Assembly: GCA_030264375.1 (NCBI GenBank)
Contig: JASCQW010000098.1
Location: 52,096,901 to 52,160,900 of the forward strand
Source of the DNA: Carcharhinus longimanus
Taxonomy: Eukaryota
Direction: 5' to 3'
DNA: 64,000 bases
Below the pieces are notes generated by a model. It was given only the letters and a program-made list of their open reading frames with translations. It was not told the DNA's origin and searched no databases. A program made the position numbers and the translations under genes. Positions 1 through 12,464 of the stretch are shown here, in pieces (positions within the stretch are counted from its first letter, which is position 1; the number at the start of each line of letters is the position of its first letter).

Positions 1-60
1 GGGCAGGCTCGAAGGGCTAGATGGCCTACTCCTGCTCCTATTTCTTATGTTCTTATGTTC
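1..60 (+). mobile_element. CR1 LINE 3' tail
   Basis: gggcaggctcgaagggctagatggcctactcctgctcc followed by (tcttatgt)n. Confidence 0.8.
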
Positions 61-208
61 TCCTCCTGAAAACAATTGCTGTCCCCCTAACTGTTCTCAC
101 TGGAGACCTACACTGGGATCTACATTGTCCCTTCTCTTCTTCTCCTGAATCCCCTTCAGTGGAGATTCCTTCACTGGAACATACCCTGTCCCTTTCTTAA
201 AATAACAC

Positions 209-362
209 TAACTCAAACTTAATCACTAATGCCTAGACAGACCTCTGATTGGTTCTAACCTCACATTCTAGTGCACAACTCAAAATAACTCAAACTTAAT
301 CACTAATGCCCAGCCGAACCTTCAATTGGTTTCAGCCTCACGTTCTAGTGCACAACTCAAAT
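209..362. repeat. Two-copy 77-bp tandem repeat
   Basis: taactcaaacttaatcactaatgcc...ttctagtgcacaactcaaa starting at 209 and 286. Confidence 0.85.
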
Positions 363-2779
363 AGTCAATTCATCTAAAAAGAAATGCTTGCAATTTCTCT
401 TCACAGTGACAGAGCCTTCGCAACCTTTTCATTTGTTTGGATTGCCAGCTTACGGGGTCCAGCAACTAGACACGTTACTCCTGACAGATGATAATAAAGG
501 TTAATCACCCTTCCAAGGAGACATGTTTATCTGTCGGACTCCAGTGATTCGATCCCATCCCTCCATCGCCAAAAATGCTGTAAGCAGACTTTTATGAGTT
601 TGCAAATGTTCACTCAGGAAGCTAATGTCATTGGTATGAAATACATCTTTATTAAGAGCAGGGACCAATGGGAGAAATTATCTTGATGGTCACAAGTACA
701 GAATACCCAGACCCTATGGACAAATTCTGAAGTTATCAGTAAAAACAGAACAATTTTCTTTATCAGATTTCCCCACCCTAGTTTAAAATTAAATACTTGA
801 AATACATTTAGAATACCGGCCTTTATGTTTTAAAATCACAGTCACTAGTTTAATTCCCTTACTGTATTTACATGTGTGTCAGTTATCATATAATTCTTCA
901 CTGTTAGCTCTGCCAGTGCCTGTATACTGTCTAAAAACTAAGAAAAATGTAAAACAATCACTTTCAATATGACAAAGTGTTGCCTTTGTGCTAAACAAAA
1001 TGGTAATAAACTCTAATGTTTCATGACCAAGAGATTGGGGGCTTTATTTTATTAACGAAATGTGTGAGGACTGACAAAATGATGACAGACAATAACAATT
1101 TTTAACATAGCCATTTTGAATGAATTGCTCCAGCTGTCCTGCTGTTGTTTTGTTGATAATTGATGATGTATTTTTTGAAATGTTAATTGACAGATTTTAA
1201 TTTTCCTCAGTGGTGCTTGATTAACAATTTTTGTCCCCGTTTCCCATTTCTGCAACTGCTCAATTATGGTTCATATTGCATTTTGTGAATATAAATTCAA
1301 GCAATCAGGTGAAAAGTGGAATAGAAAGTTGCTTTGCATCCATGTGTTACCCTTAAGTTGTGATGAAAAGACACAAGGCTTTTGGTACGTAAGTTTATGT
1401 ACAGAGTAATTTATATACAAGCATAGAAACGGTGCTGACACTTCATCCATTATCAACCGCAAGAGATTTGAGCAGCTTCTTAGGTCTATATAACTCCATC
1501 TCAGCATGGGTTAATTCTTTAGAAAAGTAATGGGAGAAACTATGACAAAAATGATTATTTAATATCAAAGTGGCCTTCTTGGTACAGAGTGGAACAGAGG
1601 AATGGTTCCTTCCCACCCAAACCCTGGCTTGTGGATGAAATGGCTTTTACATCAGAAAACTATTTCATGACTTTGGTCATGGCAGAGTTGGACATCACAA
1701 GTGGAGGCATCTTGGTACTTGCATTGTGTTGCACACCCTCTGGGTGTTTAGGATCTTTAGTTTTAGCATTTTTGAATCTCGCAATTTTAAATCATTCTCT
1801 TTTCTAAGTTCCTCTGCTACATATACTATTTCCCAGCAGAGAGGAAGTGAGCAGAGATAGGAAATTGGTTCCCAGGCCTTTACTAATGCACCTCTGTACC
1901 CTACTACAAGGAGAACAGCCAAGCACTTGCTTACTTTCTTGTTTTTCTTTTCTGTCTGTGAATGAAGTTCCGATCTAATTTATTGTGTTTGGATCTTTGT
2001 TCCAATAACTTAAAAATTCCAGCATTGTTCAGAAATCCTTGATTATTGCACCATTTTAAAATTAATTGGTCAAACATCAGGGCCTAATCCTTAATCCCGA
2101 AGGTATGTAACATTTTTGTCACGTGATGGCACGCATTTGATGTGATTTTGCTTTAATAATGCCTGCCAATTCTGTGTAAGATTAGTAGCCACTGCTGGAG
2201 GAATGTTAAGATGATAAAGAAAAATTGGTGAACGATGTGACGAATGCATAGATTTAACTTTGATTCAATTATTTTTCATTCTTTTTGTTTGTGCAGCTGT
2301 TCATCTGCACCTGCATAGGATTAAACATTTGAAGTTTTTTTCCTGCTTCTGCACAATCAGTTTACAAATTGTGCCAACTGGTAGCATTTGTGTTACATTA
2401 AATTCTATTTACTGGTTTGTTTTTGTAATTCATTGCAGTTCCTTTTGAATTTAAATCATTCAAGCCATTATAAATGCCTCTACAAGTGAGAATGATCCAC
2501 AAGTCATTAATGACGTGATACGAATGGTCATGACATATTCAATTTACAATGTCATTAACATTTGTTATACGCCCCACGGAACTTTAATTAAAAATGTTAT
2601 CTTCAAGGCAAAGTGTGTTGTGTCTTATCTATCCATTAGCTCTCTAAGTCTTACTACAAATCTTATATTTACATGTTTGCATTCCCTAACTTGCTGTCAT
2701 CACGTTTTGGTCACTCATTTTGTGTCAGGTTTTCCCATTATAATTTCTCACTCTTTACAAATGTTTTCGTTTATGAAGC

Positions 2780-3680
2780 ACAGCATTGATTTCACAAGCA
2801 TGCTGATGACACTCAACTCCAACTCGCTACCACCTCTCTCAATTCCTCAACTGTTGCTTGTCTGACAACCAATACTAGATTAGCAGAAATTTCCTCCAAC
2901 TAACCACTGGTTGGAGCCACTGTTTTCAGTCCTGCTACAAACTGTATTTCCTAGCTATTGATTCTATTCCTCTGTCTGACAGAGGCCGAACCAGACTTTT
3001 GCAATGTTTAACCCAAGATGAATGTCCGAGCTCCTAACAGCACATCACTAAGGAAGTCCCTTTCTACGCATGATTCCGTCCCACTTCACCTCATTTGCTG
3101 TTGAAACCTCCATCCGTAGCTTAACTACCTCTAGACTTGATTCTTCCAACATACCCCTGGCGACTCATCCACATTCTATCATTGGCAAAACTGAGAGCAT
3201 CAAAAACCCTGCTGCCTGTGTTCTTACTCGCATCAAGCCCCATTCATCCATCACCTCTTGACCTTGCTGACCTCCAATGGCTCCCAGTCAAGCAACATCT
3301 AAATTTTAAAATGCGCACCCTTGTTTTCAAGTCCCTCCATGGTCTTGACCCCTAGCCGTCTCTGCAATTTCCTCTAACACCACCGATCTGCCAGATCTCT
3401 GCACTTATCTATTTCTGGCCTCTTCAGCTTCGGTGATTCTAATTGCTCAATCATTGGTGGCCGTGCATTCAGTTGCCCAGATCCAAAACTCTGGAATTCA
3501 CTCCCTAAATCTTTCCGCCTCTCTACCACCTTTTCGTTTTTTAAGGTTGTCCTTATGTCAACCTCCTTGGCCAAGTATTTAACCATTTGCCCCCATAGCC
3601 CGTCATGTGGCTCAGTGTCAAATTTTGCTTTGAGATACTTTATGACATTAAAGGTACTCCAAAAATGCAAACTGTTGTTA
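2780..3680 (+). mobile_element. L2-clade LINE 3' fragment
   Basis: YADDTQL-like segment, TSRLDSSN and LQWLPVKQHLNFK..LVFKSLHGL, plus an L2-type 3' end. Confidence 0.85.
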
Positions 3681-6319
3681 ACGAGCCATGCTTTAATTAC
3701 TCAATCTAGCCACCAGGTGGCTCTATGCTACTTTATACCAACCTTCACAGAAAGAATTTGGCAATGGAGTCATCAACCTGACTTAGCAGAGGGTTCATTT
3801 TTGCCAATGCATTTACTTTTTGTTTAATAAAAAAGAACTGAATAATCTTTGTTTTACTTATTTTGTCCTCTTGTTTGCTTTGTCAGCATTGAGATGGTGA
3901 GAGCAAGTAATCACAACCCCTTCTCTGTCATTTTGTCATATGCTGTAGTTCCCAGCCGATCAGACACAGAAAGTGTTATCCAGTTTCTGTATAGAGTTTA
4001 AAGAGAAAAAAACCATTGTTATTTTGCCAAGTGTAAATATTCACAGAGATTTGTTTATTTTTGAAACTACAATTTGTATGCCTGTAAATGGTTCATTACA
4101 CTTTAAATTTACATTTAAATTTTTAAAATGTCTTCACGTTACGAGCATGTTCAGTTTATGGTGATATGATGCAACTTGTGATGCAGCCATCTTGATCTCT
4201 CTTTCAGGGTGACCAACTCAGTGGGAAGAAATAAGGACTGGGGAGGCATTACTAGTAGGGCCATTGACCGGGATAAAGGGCACCCAACTGTCAGGCATCC
4301 CCCAGTTTTGCTGGATGCCCCCTTCAGGCTTGCCAGCTTTTCCACCCGGGGTTTGCTGGACTTCTTGCCAAGTTGCCTGATGCTGTACAGCAGCACTGTG
4401 TACTTGTGCAGACAAAGATCTCAGACAGTGATAAGACTCTCAGTAGTCAACTCATTACAATGCAACTATTGTTCCCTGCTTCCTGCTGGTGCCAGCAGGC
4501 AGGCACTTTGCAACTTCACCTCTGCCAAGAGTATAAGTCTAAAGAAGTACTGATAAATTAGTGGAAGAGATTCCAAAGATGGAATGGTGAGAAAATTTCG
4601 AGCAGTTTAAAAACAAGGATGAGAATTTCAAATTTAATTTGTCAGAGGATAGGAGTCCATGTACTTTAGTGAGATTTGGTTGAGAATTGTGGTGATTGTC
4701 CGTTAAAAGGGCAACAAACCAGATTAAAGGTCACCTGGCCTGAGTGATCAATCAGGATTCAGAATGGGGAATTACACCAGAGGAGGAGTTCTCCGAGGCA
4801 GAGGCATTTTAGACCTAGCTGCAAACATGCTGCTGCTCTCGAAGGTCACTGTAAATAAATCCCTTTTATTTTCATTAATGAAGTCTCTGAAATGCATTAT
4901 TGCAGGGAGTGCGAGGGGAGAGAGAGGTCAGCATTGACTTAGAGCAGGGCAGAATATGTACAGCAAAGTTGGACTTGACATAAAGGTACTAGACAGGACA
5001 CCAGCAAGGATAATTTTGAAATACTTGTCTGGAAGTGGCAAAAGCAGGCATAAGAGTTTCAGCTGTGTGGAATTAGCATCACGACTGGGTACTAATGGAG
5101 GTGAAAGCACGCTTCATAATGATAGTGACAGAATTGAGACTGGTCACCCTGGGAGGATGAGAGAGGGGTGGAATACGGAATCCAATTGCATCAGGAGCTC
5201 ACAATATGGCAGGAGATATTCACTAAGGGCAAATGACTGATGAAAGGAGGTTGAGGTGGTATTTCTTCCTCACCGGCAGTGTTCTGTTTTTCTGTGATGA
5301 ATCAACTAAGTTTGCAGAGATCTAATCAGGCTGTAAGAGGACATGCATCCCTGAAAAACACTGGAAATCACAGTCTACAGACATTGAGAGGGAAACTGTT
5401 ACTGCTGCCGAGATTTCAAAGTGAAACCTCTCAGGGACTGCTGGTTTGGGACGGAAACGCAGCTCCGGGGCTGCAGTGTGCCCTCAGCCCCCAGACCATA
5501 ATTTACAGAGCCTCAGAAACCAATGTTACTTGACATGAATGTTTTCCTCTACTTAAATACCTTCACAGAGAAAAGTTCTGCAGAGAGATTATGATTGTGC
5601 AAAAACAGCTTTAAACAGTGAGCTAATCACTGCGGACAGCCTGGTTTTGAACCCAGAATGCACCGCAGTAAAAATTGGCAGCTATATTTTATATAAAACT
5701 CAATAAATCCAAGAAGAGACATTTCCAACTAAAGGAACTCACACAGGTTTTCAAACACCACTGGTTGTTTTACTCTGAGTTGTGGTAATTGTAGCAGAAA
5801 ATGCCTTCAGAGAATTGCGATCAATCTAATGGTCGTAATACACCTCATTAACCTCGCCATATTTATATTTTTTCCAATGTGGACGACTTTGAACAGGAAG
5901 ATAATATGGAGACACACAACTGTGCCATCATTGACATAAATATTTAAATCAGGGAGTGCAGTGAGGGATTATTTAACTGCTGACAGCGTTTTTCCAAATT
6001 AAGTTTCTGTCATCCTTCACCTGTAAACCAGCAAGCCACTTCAGTGTTTTCACTTGCAATTAACCTACAAATGCAGTCATTGATGAAATAATTGCTGCCA
6101 GCACTTTCAGTTTTCAAAGAGTGGAACAGATGCCTCAGTAAATCAGGTGCAAAACTTTGCTGTTCTTAAAAATGTTGCAAAAACACAACGTATTTCTTAA
6201 ACATTAACTTACAGACATTTCTTGGCATGCTGCATCCAATTGTGGAATGTTTTATTGGGAAGTATTTGATTTTGTGCAGACTTTCATTTCATGAGGAAAT
6301 TCAGAATCCAAAACTAAAG

Positions 6320-6581
6320 TTTATTTATTAGTCACAAGTAAGGCTTACATTAACACAGCAATGAAATTACTGTGAAATTCCCCTAGTCGCTTGTTCGGGT
6401 CAATGCACATAACCAACACGTCTTTCAGACTGTGGGAGGAAACCAGAGCACCTGGAGGAAACCTATGCAGACACAGGGAGAATGTACAAACTCCACACAG
6501 ACAGACAGTGATCCAAGCCAGGAATCAAACCTGGGTCCCTAGCACTGTGAGTCAGCAGTGCTAACCACTCTGCCATCATGC
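6320..6581 (-). mobile_element. tRNA-derived V-SINE-like element
   Basis: A-box tggttagcac, B-box ggtttgattcc, V-domain gggtttcctcc..tttcctcccacag, and tail gtaagccttacttgtgac. Confidence 0.85.
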
Positions 6582-7074
6582 CAATATTAATTACATTAAA
6601 AAAAATGATGGTCATTTTGTGGAGCAAACAAGGTCTTTGGTAATGGTCACTTACTTTGAAAAGTAAAGTTGAATCACTGGTATAAGAATTCACTAAACCT
6701 TATTGCTTGAGCCCCAACTTTCTGCTGGGTGTTTAGTGGACCCTACAAATGTTTCTAATGCTGAGTCTCTCTAGGATGGTGCAGTGAGGTTTGTGGAAGA
6801 GTGGGTATCTCGATTGTCCAATTTACTTCATGAATAAGAAGAGCATTAAGCGTCTCACTGATATTCCAATCATATTTTTTGACCATTATTTCAGAACTCT
6901 GTTGTTGATGAATCTAGAAATTAATTACCTTTACAACTGGAGCCATGTGCCAATTTAACAACCTATATGAGAATTCACATCTCTTATTTTGACCACTTAT
7001 CTGTGATTATGTTTCAAAGGCTATGCTGTGAGCCAATGCTACTAGTTCTTCCTCCATTACACATTCTGTTTCAG

Positions 7075-7222
7075 CTCTAGACCCGAAATGGCATTCTTGG
7101 CAAGACTAAAGAAAGATGAGCCCAACAGCAAAAAGGAAACCAAAGCAATAAACTAGCTTTGACCTTCCAGTCAGATGAAAACTCTAAGCCAGTTAGACCA
7201 CCAGGAGACTTGTTCAACAAAG
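7075..7222 (+). other. Candidate upstream exon (ATG 7175: MKTLSQLDHQETCSTK, phase 0)
   Basis: Acceptor cattctgtttcag| and donor AAG|GTGGGA. The phase is compatible with exon 11869. Confidence 0.25.
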
Positions 7223-10200
7223 GTGGGATTATCTCTAAAAATATCAGTTTTTGTAACTAAGTTGAGCACTCTGGAACAAACAATGAGAACTGCAGAAAAG
7301 TTTCCACCTCTAATATGGTCAAGTACAGGGACTGACTTTTATTAGCAACAACTCAAGTAGTTACTGTCAGTAAAACAACCATTTATAGCCATATCTGATT
7401 GTACAGCATATCTGGCATTCACCAGTGGTAATGTACTGAAACAAAATATTTCCTTGGAAAATTTAGGAGGCATCTTTCAACATGGCCACATACAAGACAA
7501 CAGAAATAAAAACACAAAGGGCGGGATTTTCTGGCCCTTCCTGCCAGCGGGATCTTCCAGTCCTGCCAGATCTTCCGGTCCTGTCAAAGGTTCCCAGTGG
7601 CAGAATACTCTAGCCAAGCAAACTGTCATTAGCTTCAGCAAGACTGGAAGGCGCCATCAGCAGCCAATGGTGAGCTGCCTCTGCCGTGAGAAAACCCACT
7701 ATGGGTGGGGCTGGTAAATTCTGGCCCATGTTCTGGAAAATGGGTTCATCAGCAGCTGTAAAAGGAAGAGATTGCTTAATTTCTCAGATCTATACTCTTC
7801 TCCAGAGGTCTGAACCCAAGTTATAATCCCTTCCAATCTTTCAACATGAATACTTACAAAGAAAAAAATGAACGTGTTTGCATTTTCAGCAACACTATGT
7901 ACACTAATCAAGGCAGCTACGCAGATGTAATNNNNNNNNNNNNNNNNNNNNNNNNNNNNNNNNNNNNNNNNNNNNNNNNNNNNNNNNNNNNNNNNNNNNN
8001 NNNNNNNNNNNNNNNNNNNNNNNNNNNNNNNGGACCATAAGGACATAAAAAGTGGACAGTATTGGTTCACTAGGATGATTGAAGGTGGGAAATCACAGCT
8101 TTAAAGAGTTATGAGATTCAGAGACTACTTAAAATGAACAGAAAGAGTAGAAAAGTTAGACAAATCATCTTTATAATGAGAGCAATCAGAGCATGTTGGA
8201 GCATGCACTATTTCACCATGGGAAGAAATTGAATTAATCTCATTGCCTTTTTCCTCCCATTGCTGAATATCTCCCACTGCTTGAAATATTTATTGCTTTT
8301 TTTCCCCGAAAAGATTATTTGAAAATTAATTGAATGAATATTAAAAATAGCAAAATATTGAAAAGGGATGGAGAGAGTAGGGCAATGGGATTAGTTAGGG
8401 ATTGTTCTCGGAAAGTACTGGAAGAGGGGCGATGTGTTAATAGCTCTTTGTGCTGTAAATGTTTGAAGCGTATGTCCAAATCCTTTGGTGGAATTCTCCA
8501 ATCTGGGACTAAGCCACATGGTGAGTGTAAGGACGGGGAATGTTTCCCACTGCAGAGGCTGACAGACTGCACGCCATTTCTTCCAGCCCCAACCTCATTA
8601 ATTGTACCTCTGTTGGTTTGTGCCACCTTCTGTGGCAGGGTAGGCGTGATGGGATGCATCTCATCACCATATCCACCATATTTAAAAGGTGCTCAGAATC
8701 TTCACTGTCAGCTCTTACCATTGAGAGGGATGTCAGAAAGGGAAGCGAAGAGCGCTCAAGTTTAATGTCACTTCCTTGCGCATCCTCCATGACCGTGCCA
8801 AGGTCAGGAAGGATATTCTGTACCCGACTGATGGTAGAAGACCCAGCAGGGAAGCCAACGCGGCATGGGCACAGGTGGCTCTTGCCGTAAGTGCCCAGGG
8901 GGTGTCTGTCACATGGATGTGGATACATTTGCATTTGGAACAATGAGTATTGTGGCATTCTTCATCAGCTTCACTTTAATTTTTCTTTTTCCCTGATCAC
9001 CATAACCCCACACCCCTGCCAGACATCACCCCGACAACTTCTCCATCATCTTCCTTCCCTCCCGAACCCTTCTCCTTCGACAATGTACAGATAAACATGT
9101 ATATTGCTTCCCTCCCTGAATCCCACTGCCCCTTCCCTCCCCCTGCAAACCATCCACATTGACGTCTTGGACCTCCTTTTTCCCGCNNNNNNNNNNNNNN
9201 NNNNNNNNNNNNNNNNNNNNNNNNNNNNNNNNNNNNNNNNNNNNNNNNNNNNNACACCCTCCTCTGTCCGTTCCCCATGAGACAGACATTGGCTCCAGAA
9301 ACCCTCTCTTGCACAATCACTTACAGATTCCCCCGCCCCCTATACTCCTACCCTCCTTAATCCTTCACTCTCCATTACTCCTTCTCTCACTCCTTCCTAC
9401 TCTCCCCGAACACCTTCATCCCTACAAACTCCCGCCTTAACACCTTTCTCCCCCATGACATTAACTTTCACATTGCATCCTGCTCCCTTGCTGCCCCTGA
9501 ACATCTTACACCACCCCTCCCAGCCTCACCCGCCCCAACACCATCACCGCCCCTCCCAGCTCCACCTCTTCTTTCTAAGACCACCTCTCCTATCCAAATC
9601 TAACATTTCTCCCCCACCCACTTACCCCACTTTATTATGTCCCTGCCAGTGCTTGGTGAAGATGCTGAAGTACCGACATCAGTGAAGTCTAAGCTGCTGT
9701 GTGGAGGCCCACATCTTCTGAGAGCAGCCATGGACAAGAGGATTCATCCACCACTCCAGGTGATGAGTTTCTCGTGGATCTGGTAGCTGCAGCCTTGTGC
9801 CTTCTCTTCGGATCTCCATGATGTAAGACACTAAAGGTAAGTCCTGACTTCTGCACGCCATCTTGTTCCACATGTGTACAACACCAGTGTGTTTCCCGTT
9901 ATGGACAATCGGGACTAGGGTAAAACTGCTGTAGATATCTTTGCCATGTCATTCTCTCCAGGGTGTTCTGCACAATGTGCCAAATGGTCTCTTTCTTCAC
10001 CGTAACAATCCTGCGATGACCAAGATAAATTCTATGATGGTGTTGATGAACTGTGTCACTGAACAACTCTCACATTTCCATCATATTGATGGAATTAAAC
10101 TGTGCTGTATGACACTGAGCTCCTGAATTATGGTCATTTGGAAATAGATCCCTTGAGAGCTGAGGCCCTTGGCTCCTGTGCTGCCGAGGGGTATGGTTTC

Positions 10201-11408
10201 TGCACTCTCTACAGAACAGTAACAATTCCTCCTCACTTTCTGGTCCTTGGGCTCATTAATGCTCAGCATTTTACCAGCTGAATGAGCTTCTAACTCATTA
10301 ATTCAATCTTCTCAAGGAAGTGACTCTGTCCTGGCATGAACACAGATAGTTTAGAATGATAGAGTTTGTCCAAAAAAGGGCTGCTGTTCTTTTCAATATT
10401 CTTGTGGGTGTGCTTTCTGTTGCTCTAAAGGTGAAATTTTATTGATTAATTAATTAGCTGTGTTCTTTTTGAAGGCTGCCATTGAACTCAATTCTCTTTC
10501 TCCCACCAATGATAACCCAAGGCAGAGGCATATTACTTCATTGCAATGTTAATGTAAACCTACTTGTGGCACCAATAAATAAACTTTAAACTATTACTGC
10601 TCCTGAACTAACAGACATGGATGCTGGAGGGATGTCAGTGATGTTACACAACCAAAGAAGAATTCAGTCAGAGAAGAATTCAATCCAAGGGGCTTTATCT
10701 GGATGTTATTCACATTTAGGAAGGAGCTTGATGCTGTGAATAAGAACATTGCCTGAAAAAGGCACCAGAGATAGGTGAGAAGGAAATTCTTTAGACGGTG
10801 GTTTAGTGGAACACAGTAGAAATGTCCTAATTCGGATCAACAGGGGAAGTACAATCCAGAATGGGTCTGGAAAGGGATGTAGCTAAAGATAATTTTTAAA
10901 AGAAAATGCAAAAGGGCGCCAGAACGGAAGAATGATACTCTCCTCCTATGCTACATGTTTCTGTGATAAGGCAGAGAGATAAGCAATCAGTCTGGTACAT
11001 GAGACAGGGTAGATAAAACCGAGACAGCAAGGNNNNNNNNNNNNNNNNNNNNNNNNNNNNNNNNNNNNNNNNNNNNNNNNNNNNNNNNNNNNNNNNNNNN
11101 NNNNNNNNNNNNNNNNNNNNNNNNNNNNNNNNCTTTCTCCTGTTAACAATTGCAGCATTTCATGTAGGGTGAGGGAGGGTATAGATACAACTCAGCCAAC
11201 AGTCCAGAAAGAGGAGAAGCAGATCACAGATCCGGAGAAAGGGACTTTCTGTGAGTTACAACTCCAACAAGTGAAAGCCCCGAGAGGTTGCACTGACAGC
11301 AGAAAGGACTGCTGAAAGTGGAGTCTGGAAAGACTTGGTGTGAAGGTTGGACATTGTTACTGCTGAGCAGACATGTATCACATGTGTATGTCTTTTAATC
11401 TCCTGCAG

Positions 11409-11504
11409 TTGGTTCCTATAATAATTGCTTTGCGATGATTTTCACTGAGCGCTGCGCAACGGAATGGACTCTGCGAGTTTACAAAGAATGCGGATGGAAT
11501 GAAT
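11409..11504 (+). other. Candidate upstream exon, mostly 5'UTR, ending ATG AAT|gtgagc
   Basis: Acceptor tcttttaatctcctgcag| and donor AAT|GTGAGC. The ATG at 11499 is in frame with exon 11869. Confidence 0.35.
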
Positions 11505-11868
11505 GTGAGCGGCAGGGGAAAGAGAAAAAGAGAAAAGGAGAGAGTCAGAGTGAGGGATGGAGGGAGAAAGGGGAGAACAGAATGAACTGACAGGTAAACA
11601 GGCAAGCGGGAGATGCTCAGTACTTGTGATATTAGACAAGGCTTTGCAGAAATCTGAGAATAAATATACCTCAATAGGAAGTGGGCAGCTACTGGAGGGA
11701 AGGCTGGCAATGTGCAAACATGACATGAAACTGCATTCGAATTATAGTTGACAGTTGAATAAAGGCGTTAAGAAACCTTCTGGAATCAGGAGCAAAATCA
11801 TCATTTCGGATCGAAAAGTAGGATTTAAAAATATTGAAAGAACCAAAACAATCTTTCTATTTTCGCAG

Positions 11869-11959
11869 CTTGAGGAAGATGATGTGACTGAGGAGGACGT
11901 GGGCTTTACAGGCAACAAGACGGTGCTGGATTCATTCATTCTCCTGCTGTGTATCGCTG
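11869..11959 (+). CDS. Candidate exon (LEEDDVTEEDVGFTGNKTVLDSFILLLCIA-G), phase 0 to phase 1
   Basis: Strong acceptor tctttctattttcgcag| and strong donor CTG|GTAAGA. Open frame ends in a hydrophobic stretch and is in frame with 18135. Confidence 0.5.
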
Positions 11960-12380
11960 GTAAGAGCTCCCTTTAACACTTGTTGGCCACAGGGGTAACT
12001 GTCTTCAGGAGCTTTTCACTCCTGTCTACAGGACACATGAGTACCAAAATCTGAATTTATGTTCAGCGGTAAAGACAAGAAGCATTATCAGTGCTTAATG
12101 AGGCGCTGATTGGTTATAAAAGACTGTAAATTAACCTGGGTGGTGCTTTAGTGGTAACGTTACCAGATTAGTAATCGCTGAGACCCAGGCTAATGCCCTG
12201 GGAACATGGTACAGCTGATGGAATTTACATTTAATTGATAAATATTTAATATAAAGTTAGTTTGAGTAATAGCGAACACAAAATTGTCATTTTAAAAAAC
12301 CATCAGATTGACCAATGCCCTTTAGAGAAATTGTGGTCCTTATCTAGTCTGACTGCTACTCACAGCAACGTGTTGACTGA

Positions 12381-12464
12381 CTTGAGGAAGGAACAGTGCT
12401 CCGAAAGCTCATGATTTCAAATAAACCTGTTGGACTTTAACCTGGTGTTGTGAGACTTCTTACT
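12381..12464 (+). mobile_element. Penelope-type terminal repeat with a degenerate hammerhead core, nested in a SINE (about 12140-12540)
   Basis: TTGAGGA-aggaacagtgctcc-GAAAGCTC plus the same tail as 27061-27146; core position C3 is mutated. Confidence 0.65.

Noticed and set aside
1589-1807. 72-aa ORF with a hydrophobic C-terminus
   Set aside because: It has a GTG start, a weak acceptor and no recognisable family. The region looks like UTR or intergenic DNA (possibly the FZD4 3' flank, which I cannot verify).
11409-11504. In-frame TGA (11436) as possible selenocysteine or readthrough in LVPIIIALR*FSLSAAQ
   Set aside because: I recognised no SECIS element and have no homology support. A 5'UTR stop is the simpler explanation.
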